A stretch of DNA of 64,000 nucleotides from a virus. The notes beneath the pieces are model-generated. The model saw only the letters and a program-made list of their open reading frames with translations, had not been told where the DNA came from and ran no database searches. The stretch is taken from the UHGV virus genome UHGV-0210098. The stretch is one strand, 5' to 3'. A program made the translations under genes and the position numbers. Positions 1 to 9,300 of the stretch are shown here, piece after piece. Every line of letters starts with the position of its first letter. The stretch's first letter is position 1.

Positions 1-387
1 ATGACAGGACAAGAACTAAGGGAGAAACTATTGATGGCAAATGTGCCATTCAATGAGATAGCAGAGAGGTTGGGCATTACTGCTCAATCTCTAAATTCGT
101 ATTTCAAAGGAAAAGATGTGCGCTCAAATACCATTGAGCGCATTGCAGAAGTTATCGGCGTAAATATGTCGTTCTTCTATCCAACGGAGAGCGGAAATGT
201 AGTTGCATCGGGTAATGGTAGCGTTGCAGTAACAGGTAACAACAATGTCGCCGGTAATGTTACTATGGGGGACAATGCAGCCGTCCTCTCCGAAAGGGTA
301 AAATCCTTGGAAGCACTTATCGAAGAAAAAAATGAACGCATCGGAGAGTTGAAAGAACGCATTGAAGAATTGAAAGGACAGAAATGA
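1..387 (+). CDS. XRE/Cro-C1-type helix-turn-helix transcriptional regulator with a C-terminal coiled coil (ERIGELKERIEELK). It may be 5'-partial because it begins at nt 1.
   Basis: HTH signature AERLGITAQSLNSYFKG...SNTIERIAEVIG in the translation; stop overlaps the next ORF (ATGA at 384-387). Confidence 0.6.
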   Translation: MTGQELREKLLMANVPFNEIAERLGITAQSLNSYFKGKDVRSNTIERIAEVIGVNMSFFYPTESGNVVASGNGSVAVTGNNNVAGNVTMGDNAAVLSERVKSLEALIEEKNERIGELKERIEELKGQK

Positions 388-686
388 TTGGATTTGGTAT
401 TGCTGGATTGATTGTTGCATTCATTGTGTTTGCAGAACTTTATTCTATCAATAACATGATGAGGCATCACTTCTGTAGAGTAGAGAAAATCCAAGAATTA
501 GAAAGACATCTGCGCGGCACTAAATATGATATGAGTGAACAAAATGATGCTCTCAAAGATTTGATAGCGATTTTAGAACACAATCAAAACGAACTTACAC
601 AAGACGAGCATGAAATTTTGAACCACGCTAAGTACATTGCAAGCAAGATAGGCCGACCGCAAGAAAACGCGATAAATCAATTTTGA
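384..686 (+). CDS. Small membrane protein of unknown function.
   Basis: ATG at 384 coupled to the upstream stop. The N-terminus is a hydrophobic helix (IGFGIAGLIVAFIVFAELY). Confidence 0.4.
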   Translation: MIGFGIAGLIVAFIVFAELYSINNMMRHHFCRVEKIQELERHLRGTKYDMSEQNDALKDLIAILEHNQNELTQDEHEILNHAKYIASKIGRPQENAINQF

Positions 687-781
687 ATGTCGAAATGATA
701 AATCCTACCACCAAGACAGAGAAAGTCGCTCAGAGTGGCAGGAAACGGCCAAATAAAGTATAAACAGGAATAGGCACTAAA

Positions 782-1027
782 ATGATAGACCAAGAAACAT
801 TGAATAAGATGGCTGCAGGAATAAATTCTGTTCCGTGTCCGTTATGCGGAGGCTCTCACCGCGTGAATCTCTCGTTGTACGAAACCCACTCCTTTGCCCA
901 ATCCTCGGCAGATTGGTTGATAATGCCGTCAGGAAGCAAGGTCTTTGTGGAGGTAGAGGACGGAGCGTGTGACGGTTTCCGCAAGCGTTTAGCAAGTTTT
1001 CTCGCCGACAAACTATTCTTCATGTGA
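782..1027 (+). CDS. Hypothetical protein with a CPLCGG motif.
   Basis: ATG-initiated 81-aa ORF with no recognisable family. Confidence 0.3.
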   Translation: MIDQETLNKMAAGINSVPCPLCGGSHRVNLSLYETHSFAQSSADWLIMPSGSKVFVEVEDGACDGFRKRLASFLADKLFFM

Positions 1028-1091
1028 TATTTCTGTTTCATGCAGCAAAGGTAAATGGATAGTGTGAACAGAAAACTATAAGTTTTGAATT

Positions 1092-1439
1092 ATGAACGGA
1101 GAATTTCAATACAACGAAACAACCACGCTGATGGACGAACTTAAAGCCGCAGCATTTGAGTATTTGCTACTCAATCCCGGCTCCGAGTTTGGAGATTGGC
1201 AGCAAGGATTGATAGAGCAATACCCCACGGAAGTTGTCGATGCACTCGGCAGCAACCCCGAGGAGGTATTTGCAGACCTCGCCGACCTGTGGGAGACTGA
1301 CTACAAAGACCCAAAGACCGGCATGGAGCAGAAGCTAAGCGAGTGGGCTATGTCATTCGCAAACGAGTATTCCGTAGGCGTTTACTACTTTCTTGTAGAC
1401 GCTTGCACAAAAATAAAAGAGCATGAGAAAAACGAGTGA
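1092..1439 (+). CDS. Hypothetical acidic protein.
   Basis: ATG-initiated 115-aa ORF followed by a strong hairpin (1548-1585) and a T-run. Confidence 0.4.
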   Translation: MNGEFQYNETTTLMDELKAAAFEYLLLNPGSEFGDWQQGLIEQYPTEVVDALGSNPEEVFADLADLWETDYKDPKTGMEQKLSEWAMSFANEYSVGVYYFLVDACTKIKEHEKNE

Positions 1440-1443
1440 TGTC

Positions 1444-1700
1444 AGATTGTTGTCCGCAAATCGCCAAGTGACTATCGACAAGGAATTCATAACCCGGGCG
1501 CAGGCTGCCATCGAATAACAGGCGATAGAACCTTATAAATAGTCACTTAGGCGATAAGTTCTCTAAATCAGAGGCTTATCGCCTAAAGTATTTTTAAGGG
1601 GTTTGCTCATTTGAACACGATAGTGTGTACCAATGAAACAAAATGTTGTCCAAAATCCGCACCATTTTCGCAGGGCTGTTGTCCGCGTGTTGTCCACTCG
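1444..1700. promoter_or_regulatory. Integrase-upstream regulatory region carrying four direct copies of TGTTGTCC (1448, 1644, 1677, 1688). Two copies extend to TGTTGTCCnnAAATCcGC.
   Basis: Repeats read directly in the 300-nt non-coding stretch immediately 5' of the integrase start at 1740. Confidence 0.35.
1548..1585. terminator. Stem-loop, likely a terminator of the leftmost rightward genes or an operator. Stem taggcgataag/cttatcgccta (11 bp perfect) plus ctct/agag, followed by tattttt.
   Basis: Perfect inverted repeat read directly at 1548-1558 and 1575-1585. A third partial copy, aggcgatagaa, lies at 1521-1531. Confidence 0.4.
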
Positions 1701-1739
1701 TAAAACTCTGATATACACAACAAAAAGATATAATTTGAT

Positions 1740-3227
1740 ATGGCTACATTCAAAGCAGTGGTAAGACGGCCTCGCTCGGATGGCTTTTACTCGGTCTACA
1801 TCCGTGTTACACACCGCCGTCAGACCCTTTTCATCAAGACCGACAAGATGCTTACCAAACGTGAACTGACACGCAATGGCGAGATTTCGGACGCTTATGT
1901 CCTGCAATTCTGTACGCAGAAAATCCTCGAATACCAGGAGCGACTGAATCGGCACGACATATCGCAGTGGACAGGTGCTAAGGTTGTGGAGTTCCTCACT
2001 ACCCCGGAGGAAGTCATGCCGTTCTCGGACTATGCGAGGAAGCACATCGACCGCATGATTGACCGTGGGCAGGAGCGCAACGCCAAGAACTACTTGCTTG
2101 CCCTGCAACACATGGAGCGTTACTTTGGGACAACACAGGTGAAGTTCGCACAACTGACCTCGGTAAACGTGAACAAGTGGATTGCCACTCTCGAAAAGAC
2201 AGCGAGAGCCAAGGAAATGTACCCGGTGTGCATCCGTCAGATATTCCGTGCAGCCATTGATGAACTGAACGACTACGACAACGGCATCATCATGGTAAAG
2301 ACCAATCCGTGGGGAAAGGTGAAGATACCTGCTGCAGACCGGCCAAACAAGAAAGCAATCACCGCTGAGGCTTGCCGGGAGTTCTTCTCGGCACCGCTGC
2401 CACCTACACGAATGATTGATCCATTGCCGGAGTTAGGCCGTGATGTGGCCATGATGTCCTTGTGCTTGGCCGGCATGAACACAATCGACATATTCAACCT
2501 GCGGAAACAGGACTACCACGGCGGCATCATCCACTACAAGCGAGCCAAGACCACCAAGAGTAGAACCGATGAGGCTTACATCGAAATGCGAGTGCCGGAG
2601 GTCATAAAGCCACTGTTTGAGAAATACAAGGCCGGTGACCACACAGACCGCCTTTTCCGTTTCTGTGACCGCTTCTCAACATCTGACAGCTTTTGCGCCA
2701 ACGCCAACACAGGCATCAAGCAAATATGCAAGTCTATGGGAATGCCCAAAGAAGAATGGTACTGCGTCTACACATTCCGGCATACATGGGCGACAACTGC
2801 TCAGAACGATTGCGGCGCAACTCTGGCCGAGGTAGGCTTTGCCATGAACCACTCCCACCGCTACACCGTGACACGCGGATATGTGCAGCTCGATTTCTCC
2901 CCGGCATGGAGGCTCAACGAAAAAGTGATTGACTTTATCCTGTTCAGTGATGCGACCTCGAGGCGCATGGAGCATGAACAGCAGGAGGACGAGGGATTGT
3001 TCCGCCTGTCGCCGAAGATGCTCATCCGCGCGGCGGCTTTCTTTCAAGGAAAATGCCTCGCCAACTTTGAGGACATCGGCTATTCCAACATCGAGGAGGT
3101 TACAAAGGCTCTTGTCGTTCATTTCCATGCCGACATTCCAAACCGCTCAATGGTGCAGTTCAAAATCGTAAACTGCGACAACGGCAAGGTCTACATCTAC
3201 GAACACCAAAAGGGCAAAGGGTTTTAA
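1740..3227 (+). CDS. int: Tyrosine site-specific integrase (phage integrase family) with an N-terminal arm-type DNA-binding domain.
   Basis: The N-terminus MATFKAVVRRPRSDGFYSVYIRV is typical of Bacteroidales integrases. C-terminal catalytic residues are present: ...R...HTWATT...H..RYTVTRGYVQLD (R-H-R-Y). Confidence 0.9.
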   Translation: MATFKAVVRRPRSDGFYSVYIRVTHRRQTLFIKTDKMLTKRELTRNGEISDAYVLQFCTQKILEYQERLNRHDISQWTGAKVVEFLTTPEEVMPFSDYARKHIDRMIDRGQERNAKNYLLALQHMERYFGTTQVKFAQLTSVNVNKWIATLEKTARAKEMYPVCIRQIFRAAIDELNDYDNGIIMVKTNPWGKVKIPAADRPNKKAITAEACREFFSAPLPPTRMIDPLPELGRDVAMMSLCLAGMNTIDIFNLRKQDYHGGIIHYKRAKTTKSRTDEAYIEMRVPEVIKPLFEKYKAGDHTDRLFRFCDRFSTSDSFCANANTGIKQICKSMGMPKEEWYCVYTFRHTWATTAQNDCGATLAEVGFAMNHSHRYTVTRGYVQLDFSPAWRLNEKVIDFILFSDATSRRMEHEQQEDEGLFRLSPKMLIRAAAFFQGKCLANFEDIGYSNIEEVTKALVVHFHADIPNRSMVQFKIVNCDNGKVYIYEHQKGKGF

Positions 3228-3735
3228 TGTAACTGACAATGTGTCAAGTCGAGCGAAACATTTGTCGGAGCTTCTTCCAAAATGTTTTCAATGTCCTTGT
3301 CGCATAGATTTTCCTCAACGACAATGGTCACGGTTGTACGACCTCGCAGTGCTGCTTTTGCCAAATTGCGAAGTTGTGTAACACTGAATGGCATTGACGG
3401 TACTTTAACCGCGCGCTACCGGCCTCAAGCAATTCTGAGATTTTGTTTTTATTCATCGCGATATAATTTTGAAATTTCAACGGCAAAGGTAAGCCACGTT
3501 CTCGGCTTTTTAACTTTGTCTTTTGAGCCTCGTCATATCTGGCGTGGCTCTTTCTTTTTGCGACGGGCTTTTTTTCCTTCTCCACTACTTGCCAAAAGGC
3601 GAAGCCTCAAAAAAGAAAATTCTCCCTCGCGTGTGTGTGTACGCGCGCGCTTCGTCGCAGAGTAATAAATTTATTTATTACGATATATTTTATTTTTAGA
3701 AATACGTTAGTATTTCTTTTTATCAAAAGAAAGGT

Positions 3736-4060
3736 TTCGGAAGAAATGTCATTTTCTTCGGAAGTTTGGGTAAGAAATAGCGATAACTTCCGAAAGAATG
3801 GCAATAACTTCGGAAGAAATAGGCATAACTTCGGAAGTTATTGCAATAAATGGGGAAGGAATTTTGCTCCAAAAACACCCGAAAAGTGCCATTTTTGAGG
3901 GGTATTTTGCCCCACTATTTTTCATGTTTTTCAAGTAAAATTTCAAAAGGGGAATTTATGCCCATTATTTCGGAAGAAATGGGAATAACTTCGGAAGAAA
4001 TACCCTTTTCTTCGGAAGAAATAATAATTATTGGGAAAGAATACCTCCAAACTTCGGAAG
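3736..4060. repeat. Array of nine copies of TTCGGAAG (consensus ATAACTTCGGAAGAAATA), one in inverted orientation (3787-3794). It contains a perfect 19-bp palindrome AATAACTTCGGAAGTTATT at 3823-3841. Best read as arm-type or operator sites, i.e. an attP or immunity-control candidate.
   Basis: Copies read at 3736, 3757, 3787 (inverted), 3809, 3830, 3969, 3990, 4011 and 4053. The region 3228-4170 has no convincing ORF and is AT-rich. Confidence 0.7.
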
Positions 4061-4173
4061 AAATACCCATTATTGGGGAAGAAATAGGTATAAATGGGGA
4101 AACAATTCCGGGAATGAAAAAGCCGAGCGAAATGCCCGGCTGTTGGTCTAAATGTAGAAGAAAATAGACGGCG

Positions 4174-4575
4174 TTAGTTGTCGTTTTCGGCGGCGAGTTG
4201 TTTCAGTCGCTCCTCTATTGTGGTGGTGACATCGCCCGATACCGACACCTCGGCGGATACAGACTGCATCTGCGGCGTGTGGTAACGTAGCAGCTTCTCC
4301 TGTATGGCCGCTCTGTCTTTGGCTTCCATCTGCATCATGTCGATTTCAAAATCAGAAATGATGAGCGGTTTGCCGTCCGGGTCGCTCAACGTAACGGTAT
4401 TGTAGAGATTTCCGTCCTTGTCGCGAAATTCCAACGTGCGAGGGCTTCCGTCTATATTAGTCTGTGGCTTCGCCTCAAAGTATGACATAGACTGAGCGCG
4501 AAGATGCTCCTTGAGCGGATTGGGTTTGTTTGGAGTGCCTTTTTGTCGGCCTCCTGTTTTTCGTCCTTGTGCCAT
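4174..4575 (-). CDS. Hypothetical protein with a basic, AT-hook-like N-terminus (GRKTGGRQKGTPNK); a possible DNA-binding regulator.
   Basis: The ORF-track start at 4584 is TTG. The first in-frame ATG is at 4575 (MAQGRKTGG...). An imperfect hairpin lies at 4120-4150 just downstream on the minus strand. Confidence 0.45.
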   Translation of the reverse strand: MAQGRKTGGRQKGTPNKPNPLKEHLRAQSMSYFEAKPQTNIDGSPRTLEFRDKDGNLYNTVTLSDPDGKPLIISDFEIDMMQMEAKDRAAIQEKLLRYHTPQMQSVSAEVSVSGDVTTTIEERLKQLAAENDN

Positions 4576-4615
4576 GTAATCCAAAAGTTAAAGATGTGAT
4601 GCAAAGGTAGGTGTT

Positions 4616-4623
4616 TACCTTTG
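4616..4623 (+). promoter_or_regulatory. Candidate Bacteroidetes sigma-AB -7 box (TAccTTTG, matching TAnnTTTG) about 35 nt upstream of the first gene of the long rightward operon.
   Basis: Motif read directly. No clean -33 TTTG at canonical spacing. Confidence 0.3.
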
Positions 4624-4657
4624 CTCAATAATTATAACTTTTTAATCACATCAAGAC

Positions 4658-5155
4658 ATGGGCATATTAGGCAGTGCAATAGGTGGCGCATTGGGCATCG
4701 GAGGAAGCATCTTCGGTGGCATCAGTGCTTCAAAGGCGATGAAGAAAGCCAAGAGGATTGTTGAAGGAGAGATGAAAGACAATCAGAATTGGTATGACCG
4801 CCGCTATAACGAGGACGCTACACAACGTGCAGACGCACAACGCATCCTCACAATGACAAATGACAATATCCGGCAACGAAACCAACAGGCAGCAGGAGCG
4901 CAAGCCGTTATGGGAGGCACGGATGAGAGTGTGGCAGCGACAAAAGCGGCAAATAATCAAGCAATTGCTGATGCTACATCGCAAATTGCTGTCAATGGTG
5001 AACGCCGCAAAGACCAAATCGAAAGTCAATATATGCAGACGAAGTCCGACCTCAACGAGAAACTGAGAAACATTGAGATAGGTAAAGCAAATGCCGTCAG
5101 TCAAGCAGTGCAAGGTGTCGCACAGGCAGGTTCTAACATGGCAGGATTATTCTAA
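4658..5155 (+). CDS. Hypothetical protein with an N-terminal glycine-zipper hydrophobic segment (GILGSAIGGALGIGGSIFGGISA).
   Basis: ATG-initiated 165-aa ORF and first gene of the rightward block. Confidence 0.5.
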   Translation: MGILGSAIGGALGIGGSIFGGISASKAMKKAKRIVEGEMKDNQNWYDRRYNEDATQRADAQRILTMTNDNIRQRNQQAAGAQAVMGGTDESVAATKAANNQAIADATSQIAVNGERRKDQIESQYMQTKSDLNEKLRNIEIGKANAVSQAVQGVAQAGSNMAGLF

Positions 5156-5168
5156 AACATTACACACA

Positions 5169-6380
5169 ATGATAGATCCAAATAAACCAATCATAGATCC
5201 ACGGACAACAGTCGTAGACGGAACTACACCGCCTACTACTGTTACTCCTACAGGTGGAACTACTCCACCGGCCACAACACCCGACAATGTTGTGCGCAGG
5301 GACGATACGCAGCCGGTTGTTCCAAGTGGAGGCTCGACAACGACCACAACAAAGACAACCACTTCTGTCCCTATATCCACCTCCATACCTGCTGAATATA
5401 CCGCGAGTAGTTATGAAGAACTTATACCGCAGCTTGAAAAACGTATGGCCGAGTATAAGCCGTTGTCTGAGGAGGAACTGAAAAAGTTACGCCGCAGACA
5501 AAAGGCCGAGGGCATTATCAGCGGCATATCTGACGCTGTTCAATCAGTTGCAAACCTTGTCTTTACCCACAACTATGCACCTAACATGTACAACCCCAAA
5601 GAGGGTATGTCAGCCAAGACAAAAGAACGGTTTGACAAAGAAAAAGCGCAACGAGAGGCTGACGCAGACAAATACCTCAACTATGCGCTTACAATCGGCA
5701 AGATGAAAGATGCCGACAAACAGAGAGGATTACAGGCATGGCAGACAGAACAGACCCTTGCCCGACAAGACCGCGCATTTGACGCAGGTAGAAAAGACCG
5801 TGAAGATGATGTCGCATTCCGCAACAAGGACTATGACGAGCGTGTTCGTCAGTGGCAAGCCAACTTCGACCGTCAAGGTGAATGGCACAAGGAAGAGGGT
5901 CAGCGTTGGGAGCGTCAGTTTAAGGAGAGCGTTCGTCAGTTCAATGTAAGTTCTTCACTTGAACGGCAACGCATCAACATCGCAGCTCAACAAGCCGCCC
6001 ACGCCATGCAGCAGGGTCAGATGACATTCAATCTCGGCTCCGGCAATGGCAATGTTACTCTGACTATGGACAAACTCAATGCGGAGACCGTTTCGCGCAT
6101 CTTTCACACGCTTCCTGAAAGTGCATTATATGAAAATGTAGAAATTAAAGATAAAGACGGCAATGTCACAGGGTACAGAAAAGAACCTAAGGTCAAGGGC
6201 GACCCGATTGTGCGGGATGGCTTTATCGTTGGCCACAAAGAGCCGACAACAGAGGCCATGCTTATAGCCATCGGTGCAAATGTGGAAAATTCTCCTGCGA
6301 CACAGAAGGCAATCAGGCAGGTTGCAGGTTTGGAGAAAGGCGACAAAACGGGAGATAATACAATGCCAGGAGTAAAGTAA
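5169..6380 (+). CDS. Hypothetical protein with a Thr/Pro-rich low-complexity N-terminal linker followed by a charged helical region.
   Basis: The in-frame ATG at 5169 avoids overlap with the upstream gene; the alternative ATG at 5091 overlaps by 65 nt. Confidence 0.5.
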   Translation: MIDPNKPIIDPRTTVVDGTTPPTTVTPTGGTTPPATTPDNVVRRDDTQPVVPSGGSTTTTTKTTTSVPISTSIPAEYTASSYEELIPQLEKRMAEYKPLSEEELKKLRRRQKAEGIISGISDAVQSVANLVFTHNYAPNMYNPKEGMSAKTKERFDKEKAQREADADKYLNYALTIGKMKDADKQRGLQAWQTEQTLARQDRAFDAGRKDREDDVAFRNKDYDERVRQWQANFDRQGEWHKEEGQRWERQFKESVRQFNVSSSLERQRINIAAQQAAHAMQQGQMTFNLGSGNGNVTLTMDKLNAETVSRIFHTLPESALYENVEIKDKDGNVTGYRKEPKVKGDPIVRDGFIVGHKEPTTEAMLIAIGANVENSPATQKAIRQVAGLEKGDKTGDNTMPGVK

Positions 6381-6391
6381 AAGACAAGATT

Positions 6392-9300
6392 ATGACGAAC
6401 CCTATAAATGAAAGTACAAAGTGGCTTTACGGAAAACTCACAGGATTAGGTTATAATGTGGGCAAGGATGTCAATGAGTTTGACAACCTTATACGCACAA
6501 ATGCAGAATCGCGCCAATGGGCGTATGATACGGCAAGGAAGAACGGTCTCAACGTGGGCAAAGATATGGACGAGTTTTCCTCGCTGGTTGGTGGTACAGT
6601 TGCCCCTCCTGCCACTGCGCAAGCGCAACCACAACAGACACCGGCCACAGCCTCAACCGTGAAACCGATAACTGATAATACCGCACAGCAAGCAACCGTA
6701 CAACCTGCACAGGCACAAGGTCAGAAACTCACTCCCATGCAGCAAATGGGCTTTCAGATGCAGATTGACGGCATGAACGCTCGCATGAAGCAGCAGAAAG
6801 AGCAGTTTGACCAACGCATGGAGGGCATAAAGAAAGGTAATAAGCCCGGTGCATTCATGGGCGAGCGTGAGTTCAACCCGACAACCGGCAAGATGGAAAC
6901 CAACTACTACACTACGCAGGGTGAACGTGTTGGCTCTATGTTTGAACAGAGCCAACGCAACACAGAATACAATCAGTGGTGGGAAAACAACACCGAGGAC
7001 GGAAAACGGCACAAGGAACAGAGGCTGCAACGCGAGTTTGACGAGCGTTTGGCCACTCTATGGCAGCGTCATAACCCAACAGAGGGAGAAAACGCAGCAG
7101 AACAGGCATGGTCAGCAGCAGAGGCACGGCAGAAGGAGGCGGCGAACCGCATCGCGAGTGAGATTTACAGAGACCGAGGCGACGTCATGAGTAATGCCGC
7201 ATTTCTTGGTGGACACGAGAACCACATCATGAATGCGGCAATGAACACCCACCGTAAACAAGTGGCTCACTACACCAACTTCGACCTCGACCGTCTGATG
7301 AATGACTCGTGGGACAATCTTGGAGAGGCAGGACAGAAAGCACTTATTGACGACTGTTATAAGATGCTCCGCTACCGCAATCCGGGATTGGATGAACTTG
7401 TGTTGTATAATCAAGCCAAACAGTTTGCTCGTCAGCAGTCAGACCTCAGACTTTATAACCTTGCTGTTGAGAAAAACCTGCCCAAGGGTAATCTTGAGTA
7501 TCTCATGCGCAAGATTGGCGACATGAATATGATTGCCAATATATCCAAAGGTATTGCAGTATCATCTGCCAACGGAAAGACCGGCGACATGGCCGCATAC
7601 GAAGCCGCCAACGAACAATACAGACAGGACGGCCACAAGATACTTGATGTAACCGGCACCGTTGCCGGATTTGCCCTCGACCCCACTACATGGCTGTCGG
7701 CAGGTGTCGGCAGTGCCGCAACAAAGGGCGCGATGTGGGCAGGTGGCCGTTATCTCGCAGGACGAGGAGCAACAGCAGCAGTTACCAATGCCGCCACTCG
7801 TCAATTTGCCACCTCCATGACCGGGCGCATTGTCGGTGGTGTGGTCGGCGGTGCTGCCAACTTCGGCACATTTGAAGGTGTCAAGGAAATGGAAAACCAA
7901 TTTGCCCACGGTGGCCATGTCGTAGGACAGGACGAAACCGGCAAATACATCAACGAGGGATATTCCGCCGGGGCAGTGGCCGGGCAGTTTGGTCATGGTC
8001 TGTTGATGGGTGGTGCCATTGGTTGGCTTGGCCCCGTGTCGGGCAATGTTTCCGACAAACTCGTCAGAGGAACATCAAGCACAGTTGGCAAGGTTGCTAC
8101 TCGCGCAGGTGTCTATACAGGCGCAACTATGGCCGAGGGTACAATCTTCTCCGTTCCCGAATGGATAGAGGGCGACCGTGACGGCTTTGACGTGTGGACT
8201 GACAACATGGCCATGATGGTAGGTTTCAAGGCCAAACACATATTAAAGAGTGCCGGTGGTGTTCTCGGCGACCTCAAAGCATCATTTGACAGCCCTGCCA
8301 ACGGAGCAAAGAACCGCCTCGACTTTGAGAGTAGACTGCGTATGCGCATGGATACTCCTTCAGACGGCGGCATGGCACTGACAAAGGACGAGGAGGCCGA
8401 ACTGAAGCGTTATGGTTACGACCTGCGCGACCTTGTGGAGAGTGCCGAGCGCACCGGCGATGCTTCCGAGGGAAACATCATTGCAAAGGACGCCCCCGAA
8501 ATCGTTAGCCGACTGACAGACATGGTAACAGACCCACGTGTCAGTGAGGCAGCGAGAGCCAAGATGTATTACTATGCCACTGGCCGCAAACTTCCGATGT
8601 CCACCATTATGAAAGGTGAACTCTATGAGGACGGAAAGGGAGGATTTATCGTGGAGTCGCAGGGTGCAAATGGCGTGATAACCTCTCGCTCATTCAAGAA
8701 CCGCAAGGAGGCCGACCTTGAATTGCAGCGCATCAACCGTCAGACCGAACTCAACAGCATAGAAATTGGCGAGCGTTATCAGCAGACAACCGACTTCGAA
8801 AACCGTTTACAGGAGGCTTGCCGCACCGTTGCATCTGAAAACGGTTGGGACATGGTGGAGGTTTACCGTACCTGCGAAGAAGCACGGCGGAATTACCTCC
8901 GTGGCGGCGACAAGCAATTTGACGAGGCACAGCAGAACATCCTCCGCAAGGTAACGGATGCAATGGGCGAATTTGAGGAAACCGGCGCAACCGATGCCAT
9001 GCGTGGCCGCATCAACGAGAAATACGGCGTGGATATTGACGCAGCAATCCGTAAGGAGGCCAACCGCCGCACACAGGCCGAGCAGACTGCCATAGACGAG
9101 TATATAGATGAACTTATCCCCGACAAAGCAAAAGACCGTCCTGTTGAGGATGCAGATGTTGAGGACATCACCAATCAGAAGAGTTTGCCCGGCGGCGAGG
9201 AAACTTTTGATGATGAATTTGGTAACGAACCTATCGACCCTCGCTTTGACGGTGGAGAGGTTGCGCTCGACTACGACCCTCATCAGCCCGGTGGTGAGCA

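Noticed and set aside
1440-1739. A tRNA gene as the integration target next to int.
   Set aside because: No cloverleaf-compatible sequence or T-loop (GTTCGA-like) motif was recognised. Only hairpins and direct repeats are present.
3328-3585. An 85-aa minus-strand ORF with a basic N-terminus in the int-proximal non-coding region.
   Set aside because: It begins with GTG and has no in-frame ATG near the start. It could be a small regulator such as an Xis-like protein, but the evidence is too thin to call.
3736-4060. A CRISPR array as an explanation for the repeats.
   Set aside because: The repeats are only 8-19 bp, irregularly spaced, present in both orientations and lack unique spacers of uniform length.
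3850-4167. A 105-aa plus-strand ORF with a repetitive ...SEE(I/M)... translation.
   Set aside because: It translates the TTCGGAAG DNA repeat array. The periodicity is at the DNA level, so it is unlikely to be a real gene.
5091-5168. The alternative upstream start at 5091 for the Thr/Pro-rich gene.
   Set aside because: It would overlap the preceding gene by 65 nt. The ATG at 5169 sits just after the upstream stop and is favoured, though not proven.
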